Shown piece by piece: positions 25,642 to 39,973 of a DNA stretch of 64,000 nt. Position numbers and translations under genes: made by a program. The DNA lies in the NCBI GenBank assembly GCA_000320545.1, contig ADNK01002664.1:71766-135765 (forward strand), in the 5' to 3' direction. Within the stretch, counting starts at the first letter, position 1, and every line of letters starts with the position of its first letter. Below the pieces are notes generated by a model, which saw only the letters and a list, made by a program, of their open reading frames with translations, had not been told where the DNA came from and did not search any database. Origin of the DNA: Bigelowiella natans CCMP2755 (taxonomy: Eukaryota > Protista > Cercozoa).

Positions 25642-28600
25642 CTAGCTTGTGTTGTGAACTTTGGCATGTTTACCTTGTTTCTTAATGTCCAATAGTACAA
25701 CTTCTGCCATGTAAAATGGTATAATACCAAGAAGTTTTAGAATTCTAGCGGATAATATAGATAAACTAAAAGATTCTGATGAGGATATTGATTTTAGCTT
25801 GTTTTTGGACTTTTTCTCTTTTTCAAGAATCTCCGCCACCTTTTCCCTTAGTTCATTTGATTTTGCTAAATTTGTGATAATATCGAAGTCTGCCGTATAC
25901 CAAATTTTGGCCTCCAACTCAAGTGCTTTGCGAAATTCAATATTGAGTCCAGAGTATATATGTGAATGAATAAGATAGCAGTAGCATCCACAGGAGCTCT
26001 CGTGTATTACACAACAGCAAGTAGCAGCAGCAGCAGGGTCGTTGCTACTTTTATCTTCAAGGCTGCTACCCTCAAGAGGAAAACGATAACACTGTTTGTC
26101 AGTTGATTTACTATCTGTTCTGATATATTTTTTCTTACTTTTATTACCATTGCTGCTGTAACTTGCACTGCTACTTCGACTAGCACTACTGTTACTAATT
26201 CCAAGACCAACAGCAGATGATACGAAGTATCTTCTTAATTTGTTTATGTTTCCAATCCAGGATGGTGTCGTAGTAGCAGTTGAAGTTGAAGGAGTAGAAG
26301 CATTAGTTGTGTCCTTTTTCCTTCCAGTGATGGTATTGGTAGAAGGTCCATTGTAATCATAATCATAGTCATCATCACCATCATCGTAACAATCATCATC
26401 TTTATCATGATGACGCTGAAGCCACGACTCCACAAGCTCCCTGATCTTAGCACATGCATGTTTATATCGATGCCTTATTTCTTCTGTTGCCGTCTTCAAG
26501 TCGATACTGAGGTCTTTGTCCTTTGGTTAAGTTTATTTGGTTTTAAATATTCATTACTTTGCACCAGAAATAAATGAATATAGGAGTGACCAATAAGAGT
26601 AATAGTTGTCATATTTATCTCGTTTAGGAAAGATAAAGATAATGACGGTTGGCATATAACTATCCAAGATAAAGATGATGCCATCTATCCAAGATGATGA
26701 TGGTGATGATGACGGTTGGCATATATCTATCCAAGATGATGAAAGGTTAAAGATGATGATGATAGGCATACATCTATCGCAATTCCTCCCTTCCTCCCCT
26801 ACCCCCGAACACTGTAGCAATGCCAATGCATCAGGCAATTCAGCCATAAACTATGAGTGCGACTATCACTACTACTGTTACCTTCGTGAAAGTGAAAGGG
26901 GGAGGGCTTCTTCGTAGTTCTTCAGCCTTTTCAAATAAACGTCCTAAAATCCCCTGGATAATATTGATCGCATTTGTATAATACGCATTTTTGTGACTTC
27001 CCACGGCCCTGGTATTGGCTAGTGCTGCTATTATTGTTGCTATTCCTACTACTATTGCTACTGCTACTACTACCACTACTACGTCGTGTCATGATGTTAT
27101 CCAATTAAACAACATACTTTGTCTTGGTAATAGGAGAAGTTTGAGGAATAACATATATTATTCGTCCCCCTCCTCCTCCTCCTCCTCCTCCTCCTCCTCC
27201 TCCTCTGTAGCATGAAATGTGGACGTTCTGGATACGAATGGAAGACATCTTGCCTGAATGATGAGGTGATTCATTCAAATGATGATGATGATGATAATGA
27301 TGATGGTGGTGGTGGTGGTGGGTGATGATTGATACACCGGTTGTTGTAGCAGTACAGTAGCAGTAGTAGTAGTAATGGGAGTTGTAGTAGTAGTAGTAGT
27401 AGGCTCTTACTCCTCCTCAATAAATCCTAGCCAGTAATTATTAGTTTTAGTGGAATGGTAATGAACAACCATGTGTCCGGAAGTCTAACATCATTCCCCG
27501 TTTTCTCTGCATCTAATGCTTGCTCAAATAACATGGCAGCCTGCAATGTGATTTCATGTCTTGGGCCTAATGAGCTGGCGAGTCTATGACAATGTACGGA
27601 GGAGGAGGAGGAAGAGGAAAAGAAGAAAGAGAGGGGAATCTAGTTTTAGTAAGACACTTTGCTTCTGCGTGGTAGTTTTGTTCTTGTTAGATGGAAGATA
27701 GCAACATCAAAAAGTAGGTTAATATGATGACATAAAATGATGATGTATAGCGCATTAATACACAATACTAATCAATCAGAGACAACTACTTTCCACCAAC
27801 TAATGATATCAACACACACAACGCATCACTAAATCCAGAGGGAGGCGACATAAACGAGCAAAATCTGTGATCATTTATTCCTAGTAGTATCATTATCATA
27901 ATCTAGAACTGCTTCTTCCAATCCTCCTCCTCCTCCTCCTCCTCCTCTACTTACTCGGTATGAAGATTTCCCAGTCGCCCCTTCCTCTCTTTCATTGTAG
28001 TCAGAGTATGAAGGAATGTGCATTTATTTGCATACTCAATACAATCACGTTCCCTCTTCCATTTCTGATATTCTTTTCTTCTTCGCTTCCTCTTTATTAC
28101 TTTGCTGCTTCCTTCTAATACCTCAACATCTTCCTCCTTGTTATCTATGATAATTCCCTTAGAATGCTGTACTACTGCTGCTATTTTTGGATCAATTAAG
28201 GTATGATCTCCTGTTTCTCTTTCTTCTTCTTCTTCTTCTTCTTCTTCTTCTGATTCTATTGTTGCTGTTACTTTCATAAGAGGTTGGGTTTGGTGTCTGT
28301 TCAGTTCGTAATCATGATCACTGGGAGGGGGGGGAGAACAACGATAGCGACAATCAGCAGAAGGGAAAGCAGCATGATTTTTGGCAGCAGTAAAATCAGC
28401 AACTGACCCTCCTTCTTCTTTGTCACGAGCTTTTTCCTTCTCCTCCTCTTTCTCCTCCCCTTCTTCTTCTTCTTCTTGACTACACTGATGATGATGCTTC
28501 TGCTGCTGGTGCTGGTGCTGCTCTTGTTCTCGTTTTAGCACCTGCTGCACGATTGTAGTGTTCCAGATGCAAAAAACCATATCACCATCGTAGTCGCCAC

Positions 28601-29133
28601 CTGTTTCATCATACTAAGAGTAAGGATTCATATTTGGTTGCCGTCTATTTTGTTTATTCTAATTCCAATTAATTTCTCGAATAAGGGGCAATTTGAAGTT
28701 CGGGATTCTCTCTTCTCCCCCTTCTGGTCGTCATCTTCATTTAGGTTCCTCCTCCTTTATCCTCTCCTCCTTATCGATTCTCTCGCACTACACTTCTTCT
28801 TATGCATACTCTTCTCTCTACTACGATGTTCACTACGACATCATCTACTACATCGTATGCATAATCAAATGTGAATAATGCTTTTGACGACGACTACTAC
28901 CTGACATAACATCCAATGGAGCACGACAACCTCTCGTCTAGATATTGATCATCATGTGTAATATTCATCATAATGACAGCCCTACTACGTCTAGATATTG
29001 ATTATCATGTGCAATATTTATCATAATTTCATTTAACAGTACTAGTAAAAGAACAAATAAGAAGCAGTATCAGCAGAAATGTGTTTCGTAGCAGTAGAAT
29101 ATCATTATTATCATTATCACGACTAGAAACACA

Positions 29134-29169
<36 letters not shown>

Positions 29170-29838
29170 CGAGAAGATGGCGACATTGTCGTATCCACAA
29201 CGGATAAATGTATTGGTAGTTTCGCTTGGAGGTACAGAAAGTATTACTATATTTTCAGGCCTAACACACGGAGATCGAGTCACTAGCACTTTTCGTCGTC
29301 GTAGTCGTCTCTTCTTTTGCTTCTTGTTCTTCTTCTTTTTCTTCTGTCTTTGTTGTTCTTGACGACGGTATTGTCCTCCATCACAACCATCATTATATTC
29401 ATCATAATCATCATTATCATAAGATAACAACACACGTCCTGAAACCATAATACATACTTCGCCCTCCTCTAATATACCAAGTGGATCAGGTACTGCATAC
29501 AAATAGCAAGATGATGGCAACGAAATATTGGCTTTGAACGTTGGTTGTCGTTGATGGAGTCTATATTTCAGCTGTCGAAGCAAGTAGTACAAACGTGGTT
29601 CGCTTGTACGAATCCCTCCATCAAGAAGCCTCTGTGCAGAGACGGCAGCTCTGTTATTATTACAGTAGTAGTAGTAGTAGTAGTGGTGGTGGTGGGTAGT
29701 AGAATTTAGTATCGAGTAGCAGCAGCCTCCTAATTACACGGCGGATAGTAGTAGTAGTATCACCTAGCTCTCACATAGTCAGTACTAGTGGTTCAAGTTC
29801 CTTTGATTTATTGCATTTTCTGGTTATACACGTTCTTT

Positions 29839-29874
<36 letters not shown>

Positions 29875-30422
29875 CACTTACTACCATAGCTGCTAATTAG
29901 AACTACTTTAATTATTACTTCCGGGTATTCGTTTGAATCTCGGTAATACGTCGGTATTTCGGTTCATGCTTTGACCACGTATCAATCGTTGGCATATCCA
30001 CATTTCTTAGCATTTCAAAAGCCTAAAGTGGGTTGGTGGTGGTGTTGTTCGTTGTACTAATATCGAGGAGTAGTAGTAGTAGTTGTTGTTGTTGTTGTAC
30101 CATCTTTCTAGAAAGGATTTCATAGTCGGACAGGAGATAGTCAAGGTGGAGTAGATCAAAGAACACTGAATCTGATCATGATGATCATGATCAAAACGAA
30201 TAATAACAATAAATCATTAGAATAAGCTATGATTTCAATAATGACAAATAGTATTATACAGGTTGACAGGCAGAAATATCAAAGAATTTTGTGTTTGTCT
30301 TCTTCTTCTTCTGGTATGGTCTTCGTCATTGTAGTTTCCAGCTAGAACGAAACACACATAGACATATTGTTTATATGTTTACTCAAATGAAGATAATGTT
30401 AATAATTATACACATAGTAGAG

Positions 30423-30454
<32 letters not shown>

Positions 30455-30674
30455 AAAAGAAACAAAGGAATGAAGTAAGCCAACAAGTACCAGAAACTCC
30501 TCTATTCGTGAGCATCAAGATGACTTGGCAATTCAAGTAATGCCGAATCCAATTAAGAGGCTCAAATTGGCGATGACGACGACTATGATGACTTCGATGA
30601 CAACATTTACGAAAATCGTTCTGCTTCTTGTCCATTTCATACCAATTAGTATTGATGCTGTTACCAGCATCATT

Positions 30675-30711
<37 letters not shown>

Positions 30712-30985
30712 CAATGCTGTCTTTGTTCCACATATTTGCCAAATAGCTGTATTAAGCGCTTTTTGGCTTTGTGATGCATCCGTTTTAGCTCCGAATGATG
30801 ATAATGATGATGATTATGAGAGTCAACTGCAGCTGGAAATAATGATATCCTCAATGCTGATGTCATTAGTAGTAGGGAGGACGAAAACAGCGACGAGGAA
30901 ATATCGCCAGTACAGCCTATAATCTACACACACACACACACACACGCACGCACGCATGCACACGATCACATAAGAAAAATTAATA

Positions 30986-31026
<41 letters not shown>

Positions 31027-34000
31027 AGAGAGAGGGGGGGCGGGGGAGAGAGGCAGAGATGTATGCAACATAGATAGACACAAAGAAGCATTAGATATTC
31101 TCCAGGGTGAGAACAACTGTAGGATACATAGTTAGAAGTACTGCGTGGGAGGGCGGAGGTTTCGACCAATTGCACACATCCAGGCCAAAGCGTAACTCAA
31201 ATAATCTTGATGATACTGGAGGAGAAGACAATGATGAGGATGATTGTGGCTATGATGAAGAGGGTAGTGGTGAAGTAGTTAATAACCCACGTTCTCTTCT
31301 CTGCTCTCCTGATTTTTTTCCTCCTTCTTCTCCATTTCCTGATAATTCCCCCGCCGCTTTTTCACCGAAAAGATTGCTATTTCTTGGGGGGCCAAACTTA
31401 AGCATCGATTTACGGAAAACAATTGTATTGGGAGGAAGATCAGGGTGTTGAACGAGCATTCCTTTGAATCCACCCAGATAGCAGATGCATCGTATCTGGA
31501 AAGCACACGGCCAAGAACGAAGAAGAGGAAAAGAGGAAGAAGAAGAAGAAGAAGAAAAGGAGGGGAGAGCTAGGAGAAAGGGAGATCAATAAGGAGGAGG
31601 AGGAGATGGAGATTCGTTATCGTAGGATTCATTTTATTTGTTAGGTTAGTATCCTAGATGATGTATGTCCTCCTCCTCCTCCTCCTCCTCCTCCTCCTCC
31701 CCCTTCTCTCTCTAAACTCTTCCATCTTTCAACATCCATTTGCATGGAAAATCAATGAATCAATCAACCAATCAATCAATCATCATCTCTTCCTACAGTC
31801 CTTCTTAACACAATTAATGGATATTATTGTATTTTCTTCACCTTCTTCATATTCTTCTCGCAGTTGCTGCTGTTGTTGCTACTGCTGCTGCTGATGTTGC
31901 CGTATCTGCAGCGCCATTTTTCCAGCAAGATCAGTTGAAATAAGGCCGCACCCATCAGTCATCAAATTCCTCGTATTAGTATTCGTAGTAGTCGTCATAG
32001 AAACCCTGCTACTCTTCCTACCTTTACTATTACTATCATCTAGTTTGATATCATTCAGGTTATCTCCGCTCTCTTGCTCATTCTCCTCTTTTTTTCCTAC
32101 AATAAGATCTTCCACAACAAATACATCTGGATGCTCTTCTATCTCGCCATAGTTACTACGATTATCATTCTCCTCATCCTCATCATCATTTCCTTTTGTC
32201 GTTTCTGCGCTGTATTTTCTGCCATTAATCCCGGCCGTCGTCGTCATCGAGCCGTTCTTTGCACCATCTCGTCTCGTGTTTCTACTGCTGCTGTCCCCCC
32301 CCCCCCACTTATTAATTTCCATCGTACGAATGGTTTTGCTGAGACAGGATAAGGCTAGACGACTAGCAAGCTTATACCTATTGAATAATAATAGGTATTA
32401 ATAATATTATGATGATGATGGTGATGATGATACATGTTTAGCAACACACTACTAACGGCAAATAGTAGAAATTTTTAGTACGGTGAGTGTGGTAACATAT
32501 TAGGAATATAATAGGTGTGTGTGTGTGTGTATTTTAATCACTACGTGATACTTATAGTAGTAGTAGTAGTAGTAGTAGTAGTTCATGCTTGTGGTGGTAA
32601 TGGTAGCACCAAATCATAACCCTAGTTGTATCAACCGAATAATATATACCTTTTTAACGCTACTCTTCCTTCACTCCTCCTCCTCCTTCCCACCTCTCTC
32701 TCTATATTTCTCTCTTTCTCTCCCTCTCCGTATAATTATTATTATTATTATTTTATTAATATTATTTGATCTCTTCTACTTCGTTGATCGATGATGTCAT
32801 GTCATACGGGTTAGTAAGAAGATTCTTCGGTTTACTGAAACATCCCATCCATCGATAAAGTTCATCTTTGCTAATAGTGCGTATTCCTGGGCCAGATAAT
32901 GCAAACCACACATCCGTGCTCTCCTATTTACAATTGGAACAAAGCTAATAATAAACACACTCATTAATAAGGCATGGAGACGGAAGAGGAAGCTCTAGCT
33001 GCTCTGACGTATTATTCTTATTTCATTTATCATACTTATATTTCTTTGGATATAGTACTACTTCTCATAGAACATCACTATTATTATCATAACATCGTAG
33101 TTTGCAGCTGAAAAGCACCCATCCAAGTATCATTACTACTACTACTACTACTACTACTACCTTATACAGTAATGATTCGAATCTGCACCCTCCAATTTGA
33201 ATCCATCCGTTACGTAGAGCCGTGAAAGCCTCTCTTTTCTTGGATAAATGGTCCATACCGCCCAAATCGTAGGATATCCGCAAAATTCGAGAGCTACCGA
33301 AAGCACGCATTAATCTATTTTCTCCATCCAAAGTTTGAACCGGTTCTAGTGAGAGCAATTCATTATTCTCATCATCATCATCATCATCATCATCATAAAG
33401 AGGAAGATCACGCTGATGAGTGTAATGATAAATGGTTTTGTTGCTGGAACTGCTATAATTTTTCCTCCTCCCTCTCCTCCTGTCACTCCTCTTATGATTA
33501 AAGCATTCCAAAGCTCTTGCCCGGTACTCTGCATACTAACACGGTGGACAACAGCAGCAAGTGGACAATACAAATAATTCATCCTGATTAAGCAAGTGAA
33601 CAATACAAATAACTTATCCTGATTAGCATTGATGTAGTATAAGTTTAAGCTGCGGTAGTAATGTTGGTTATCTTTTATCATTGAAAAGTTAGTCCTTAGC
33701 AGCAGCAGCAGCATACATTCGAGGGATCTTGAAGCTTCTTCGCTTTCCTTTCATCTATATCTTCAAGAGCATCAACAAAAGAAGATATTTCTCCTCCTCC
33801 TCCCCTGTGTTGACATAACAACGAAAACCTATAGAAAAATGGCAAGCTAAGGAACTTTTTTTTTAGTTGTTGCCTCAATAGCACTTGATCATCGTCGTCG
33901 TCATGATCATCGTCATATTTCTTTTTTGCATAATTTTCGTCTTCTTCCTGCTCATCATCTCCTCCCTCTCCTTTTATGCAAGTTGTTCACAAAAGCCATT

Positions 34001-34969
34001 GCTCGCATTTATGTGTCCAGTGTGTGATATAAGAGGAGCTATTTTTTCTCATTCCAACTGCAGAATTGTCGCAATTATCATCAGTATCAGTAGTAGTAGT
34101 AGTAGTAGCAGTAGTAGTAGCAGTAATAGAAGTAGAAGGATCAATCGAATGTCGCTCATTTCCTTCTCCAATTCTTCGTGTATTGTGGCGTCTTCTGGTT
34201 GTCGTCGTCATTGTCGTCTCATTTTTAAAAATGTCGTCACTGAGATTATGTGTTCTACAATTTTTTGGTTTGACAGGGTAAGAATAGTATTCTTTTTTAG
34301 ATGATGATGATAATAATGAAGACGACGCATATCTGCTGCCCCCCTTCCCCCTTCTCCTCCTAAGCATTCTTTCTCTACTGTATATTCGTCGTTTAGCTAA
34401 TTGATAGGAGAAATCACAAGAAGAGCTGTACAACAAACGGTCGTTGTCTCTTCCTCCTCCTCCTCCTCCTCCTCCTCCTTCTGCTCGTGTTCCTCTTCTC
34501 TCCGGTGATGACGACGGTTTATGAAGAGATGATGATATATTTATCGTTTCCTCTTCATTTAGCTGCTTTAACCCCACGCTTCGTCTATATTGTCCCCCCC
34601 GTTTCTTCTCATGCAGGTTCTGTTGTGAAGGGGAGGAATAGAGACCACCAGTCCCGATATTATCATATACATTAAAGAGAATATTATGAGCAAATTCATT
34701 TTATGTTGACGTATATCTGGATGACAATGACGATCACAATGACAAAGTGATGATGATGGTGGTGATGGGGATAGGTTGAATGATGGCTGTGGTACTATAA
34801 TGAAATACCTCATTATCATCATATTCTTTGCTGTATATGATGTTAACTGCTGGTTTCTTTCCCCCCTCCTTCCTGTCAATTCTACTATCTGGATTTCGTC
34901 TTCGATGCTCATCATTATCAGCAGTGGCATCGTCATCGTCAAGGAGATATTCAACGCTACCCTCGAAAG

Positions 34970-35013
<44 letters not shown>

Positions 35014-35367
35014 ATTGGAAGACGATGAAAGCAACTGTAACTACGATGCAAACTCAGAAAGACAGCTTCCTATGTTCATCTTTAAATTCATCTTTTACCT
35101 GTATGTTCTAATATTCCTTCCTTACATCCATTGCTTGTTATGTGGTATTTTTCTTGTTCCCGGTTCGCCATAGTTGTCTCTCCTGTTCTTTCCTGCCGCT
35201 GCTCCTCCTCCTCCTCTTCCTCTACCCTCATCCAACAACAGGTGCTCGAATGATGGATGATAGGAGAATAAACAACAAAACGTAGGTCGTTCCTCCTCTG
35301 CGTCAAGCAATATGCATGCTGTCAAAACATTTCTACTAAATAGCATGTCGCATGATAAAAGTCCCAT
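25642..35367 (-). CDS. RDR: Eukaryotic RNA-dependent RNA polymerase (RNAi; RDR/QDE-1 family), multi-exon, with large low-complexity inserts
   Basis: Family motifs in order: ENRLMRAFGSSRILRISY, KLASRLAL, MTDGCGLIS, IRCICYLGGFKGML..HPDLP..IVFRKSMLKF, YLNCQVILMLTNRGV, LYAVPDPLGILEEGEVCI, KVLVTRSPCVRPENI, NVAIFS|TRGCRAPLDYMS|GGDYDGDMVFCIWN, GRLGNLH, FEQALDAEKTG, RPHFM, ILGRLF. The start codon is approximate. Confidence 0.92.
26640..26745. repeat. Intronic imperfect repeat (gacggttggcatata..tatccaagat units) in the RdRP gene
   Basis: atgacggttggcatata twice and ctatccaagat three times within ~100 nt. Confidence 0.75.
28935..29027. repeat. 40-nt duplication of an RdRP intron 3' end (splice acceptor)
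   Basis: cgtctagatattgatcatcatgtgtaatattcatcataat (28935-28974) versus cgtctagatattgattatcatgtgcaatatttatcataat (28988-29027). Confidence 0.92.
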
Positions 35368-35446
35368 GCATATTTTCTATTTTTATAGCTCCGAATTAAA
35401 AAAACGAGAAAATGAATAGATCTAATATCTAGATCCACCATTGAGC

Positions 35447-38400
35447 ATGCTGGGACCTTCAAAGAGAACCGACACGGGGAGGAGGGTGAGGACGAGGAGG
35501 CCTCGACGAATTAATTGATGACTGGCTCTCAGATAGCATCTACGCCCGCTCCCGAGTCTCCGTCAAATGGTCGTGTGGTTACTGAGGTGCTTCAGGTTAA
35601 TGAAGGCGGCTACATCGTCCAAGCTAAAGTCATCTACAAAGGTACTGGGATTTCTGGTTACATGAGAGAAATAGAGACTTCGGAAAATATATCATGTGAG
35701 TAAATAAACCAGGTATATATTATCGTGTATCTCTGTCCAAATGGCTAAAATAGAGAGATATCTTTGTAGACAAACATAAAGTAGTATGAAGTAGAAACCC
35801 GAACTCATTACAAAGATGAAATAATTGGATGTGGCCGTGGACAAGCTAAATCAATTTTGAAGGCCGAGCTAGAGGTTAGTACAATTATTCGATTTTATGT
35901 ACCGAAGTGAGGCTTATCAGAATTAACAGCAGTGCCAAAGTTCCCATCCAATCAACCGAATATAATTAATAGGCTTTGGAAGTGGCCACAAAGTCTTCTC
36001 TCCCCCCCCACGCTGTCGATGATACTTCCAAATCTCTTTCAAAAACTATGATGAAGTCGAGGGTGGATAAAATGCACATCAATGACAAAAATAGCACATC
36101 TTCCAACAAAAATAATTGGATTGATAGCATCGAAGACGAAATATCAAATGCACATGTTGACCTGGAGAATCAAAAACAGAAACAAGAAAATAAAGGGAAT
36201 GACTTAGTTATGGTAGCACGGCAGCGACTTGCAGAATATCTACGGAAAAGAGACCAGCACCAATGGCAGGAAAAAAGTGCAGCATACAACCTAATTCGAA
36301 TTCTTATCGATAATGTTTTGAATGTGCTTTTGTGCGTGTGAGTGGAAGTCAGTACGCACGTACGTACGTCTTTACTTTTACCTCTATGAAATAATATTTC
36401 TTGCAAATTCGTCGAATCGCTTCACCGCGTAGACCTCTAGGTGACTAGGTGTATGTTGCATGTGTTTGTGCATCGTTTGTCTTCTAAACTTAAGTTGCTG
36501 TACATTATTTCCATGTTACTGATCATGATCTTTACAATATTTACATTCTTTGTAGAACGGAAAGAAAGAGAAGATAATCATGATTCTCAAGGGAATGATG
36601 CGGGAACTTTGGTCTCATCAGATAACAATGGCGAGGGGAAGCTAAAGGACAATAATATGACCAGAGGATATTCTATAAATATTGAAGAAGATGAGAGACA
36701 TTGTGACAAAACCAATGACAGTTTTCGTGAACATTCTATGTCAGCAGTAACGACGAAATCCGAAGAAGTAAATAGTAGTGCAGCAGCAACAGCAGTAGCA
36801 GCAGCAGGAGGAATCAACAGCCAGCAGCAATCCGCACTACAACTACCAGCAACACCACAACCGATGAAACACAGGGCGATGAAGGACACGATATCAGCAT
36901 CGCGGCCTCTTACTGCCCCTTTGAGAAGAAGAAGAGAAAAAGCTACTACTAAGATAAATGATCTGATAGTTCCAAATGCTGAAACAAGCTACGAAAACGA
37001 ACATACCCCTACTACTGCTGCTGCTGCTGCTCCTGCTGTTTCTCATGATCCTAAAAATCAAGATCATCGTAATCATGGAAGTCATCATCATCATCATCAT
37101 CATCATCTTCGCACACATGCTGACGACTACAAACAATTGCACAACTACCAAAAGAGGGGGGATGTCCACGATAACAATGACACGCACAACTACCAAAAGA
37201 GGGGGGATGTCCACGATAACGATGACACTAAATTGAAGGAGGAAGAAGAAGATAACATCGACTACATGCAGCAAGTAATGGCTATCTTTGCTCGGCCCTC
37301 TTCTTCCTCCCCAAACCCAGCTGCCCTTTCGAAATCTCCACAACAATTACAAAGACAGTATCGTCGTCGTTATCAACCCAAACCCCATCCTTCTGGCTCA
37401 CATCCTCACCATCCAAATCCTTCTCATCATACAACAAACCCGCCGTCATCACCATCTCCCCTTACCGAAGCAGCAGAAAACGGTGTAATAAGTAATGGAG
37501 AAAGTAACAACAGTGGTAAAGAAAGAATTCAAACAAGTATTCACAGCTTCGCTGATCGTCGTTCTCCGATGGGTAGTATGTTGTAATTACTTCATTTTTT
37601 GTCAAAATCCTGTTTTTGTACTTACAATTAGTACTTTTGTGCAATAAAATTATTTCAATCGGTCATGTTAAAGATAGATGCTATGAAGGCGCATGTATTG
37701 CAGTATACTCACATAGATTGTTGTTGCTGCTAGTCCATCAACTCTACTATCATATTAGGTATCATATTATTATCTTATATCATTAATACTTATTGTTTGG
37801 TACATAATTAACACAGGCATGGTGAAAAAAGATAAGTATTATACTCAAAACTACGACGATGAGAACCTTGTTGGAGCTGTTGCTACTACTACTACTACTA
37901 CTGCTACTGATGGTGATCGTGCACTAGTCGAAAGTAGTACAAGTTGTTTTAGTGCCGATGAGCATCATCATCAATACCGCAATCCTGTGCCACTAATACC
38001 CGCAGCAGTATGGGATGGTAGGATGACAGCTCGAGGAGGACAGCGTGTAGCAGCAAGAAACGACAATATCACTGAAGAATGCTTTCATAATTTCCAGCAG
38101 CACAACACAGAAAGGAAAGAGGAGGGCCATACAGAAGCAGCTATATCTAACAATGATAAAACGAATGTTGATTTTAAGAATGCAGTAGTCACTAGAAATG
38201 TTACTTCTACTGTAAGAAACAATGATATAGGCTTCACACTGCCAATATATTCTCCTCCTGCGTATGTTCCTCCAAGGAATCAATCAACGAAGCAAAAAAG
38301 AGGAGGAGGAGGAGGAGGAGGAGGAGGAGGAGGAGGAGGGATTACTCCTACAAATGCTGCATTGGTTTCATTAACACCAAATCCATATCTTTCACTTCTG

Positions 38401-39460
38401 CGTGGTCATTACAGCAGCAACGATGCAGATGAAGAAGAATTATTTGATGATAATAATGGTGATAAAGTAGCAGTATCATCATCATCGTCATCATCATTAT
38501 CATCATCATCATCACGTAAGAGGGAACAACGACAACGACGACGACCTAAGAATGGCCTCAATACTCTTGGCGTTGAAGTAGCAGCCTTACACCATGAGCA
38601 GCAGCTTGATACAGACAGAAGGAGGGTATGTTGTTAACAAGTAGTACTGACGTCTACTCACATTCACTATTTCTTCTTCTTGTGTTATTATAAAGTGCGC
38701 TGCTCAGTCTATGTAGTAGGATCATCATCATCATCATCATCACCATCATCATCCTTATCCACAATCTCATCGAAAGCACCTGTTGGTGAAAAACAACATG
38801 ATTCCTTCATTATTTTATGTTGTTCTGCTACTTAGGAAAACGAGCGAGAAAACAGAGTCGCAATCCAACAGGTGGTGTTTCTTCTTTTTCTTCATCCTTA
38901 TATTTTGCTTGTCTGCCCCACCTTTTAAAATCTCACGCTCTCCGAAGATATGATAGGTTTGTCGTTGTGTCTTTTTTTGTTTCTTACAACTGGTGATTCT
39001 ATTCATTATTATACAATTATTTGAATAATGCTAGTTGTTTTCCTAATCATTCCATTGTTCAAACTACTACTGCTACTGCTACTACTACTACTACTCACAA
39101 TGCACTGCATCATGTACTCGTATCCCAGAAGTACGCACTGGAAAAGTTGAGGCTGTTAGAGGAGCTCCATTCTTTGAGAAATATACTAGAGAAAGAAAGG
39201 GCAGAAAACGCTCAGTCGATGGGCAGATTACGAGTAGAAATGGAGAAAGCACACAAAATAGAGTTGACTAGGCTAATCTCTGACCATAAGCGAGAGAAAA
39301 AGGAAATATTGGAAAGACTACAGGAAGGAATGAGCGGCTATAACGATGAGGTTAAGAGAAAGGAAACTCAAAATGAGAGGAAGCTCTTCCAAATCGAAGC
39401 AATGTATTACAGGTCATAATGATAGATACCAATTTTTCCATCCTTAAACTAAAAACAAGA

Positions 39461-39498
<38 letters not shown>

Positions 39499-39923
39499 CT
39501 ATTACACGCGCACACACACATGCACACTCTACATATTTTATTTATCAATCAAAATCAAAAATCAGTCATCAACACCCATGTCATCATCATCATCATCAAT
39601 AGGGAGAAGAATGCATTATCGAAGAAAATGGAAGAATTAAAAGCTTCTCACAAACATAGTATGGAGAGGCTAGCTTCAAAGCACACGTAATTAATTAATA
39701 ATTACAGAAGTAACAACTATAATAAGTCGTAACATAGTTGTATTAAGTAGTATTTCAGGTAGCAGGATCATAATGAAGAAGACGCTTGCAGCAGTTTATT
39801 GATGCTAGAATTTTATTGCTGTTTATGTATTTTTCTTTCTTCTACTTTCCTACTGCTGCTGCTGCTTCTCAATCAAAGTTGGAGGAACTTAAAATCAAAT
39901 CTTCATTCCTTACTCCTCTTTTC

Positions 39924-39973
<50 letters not shown>

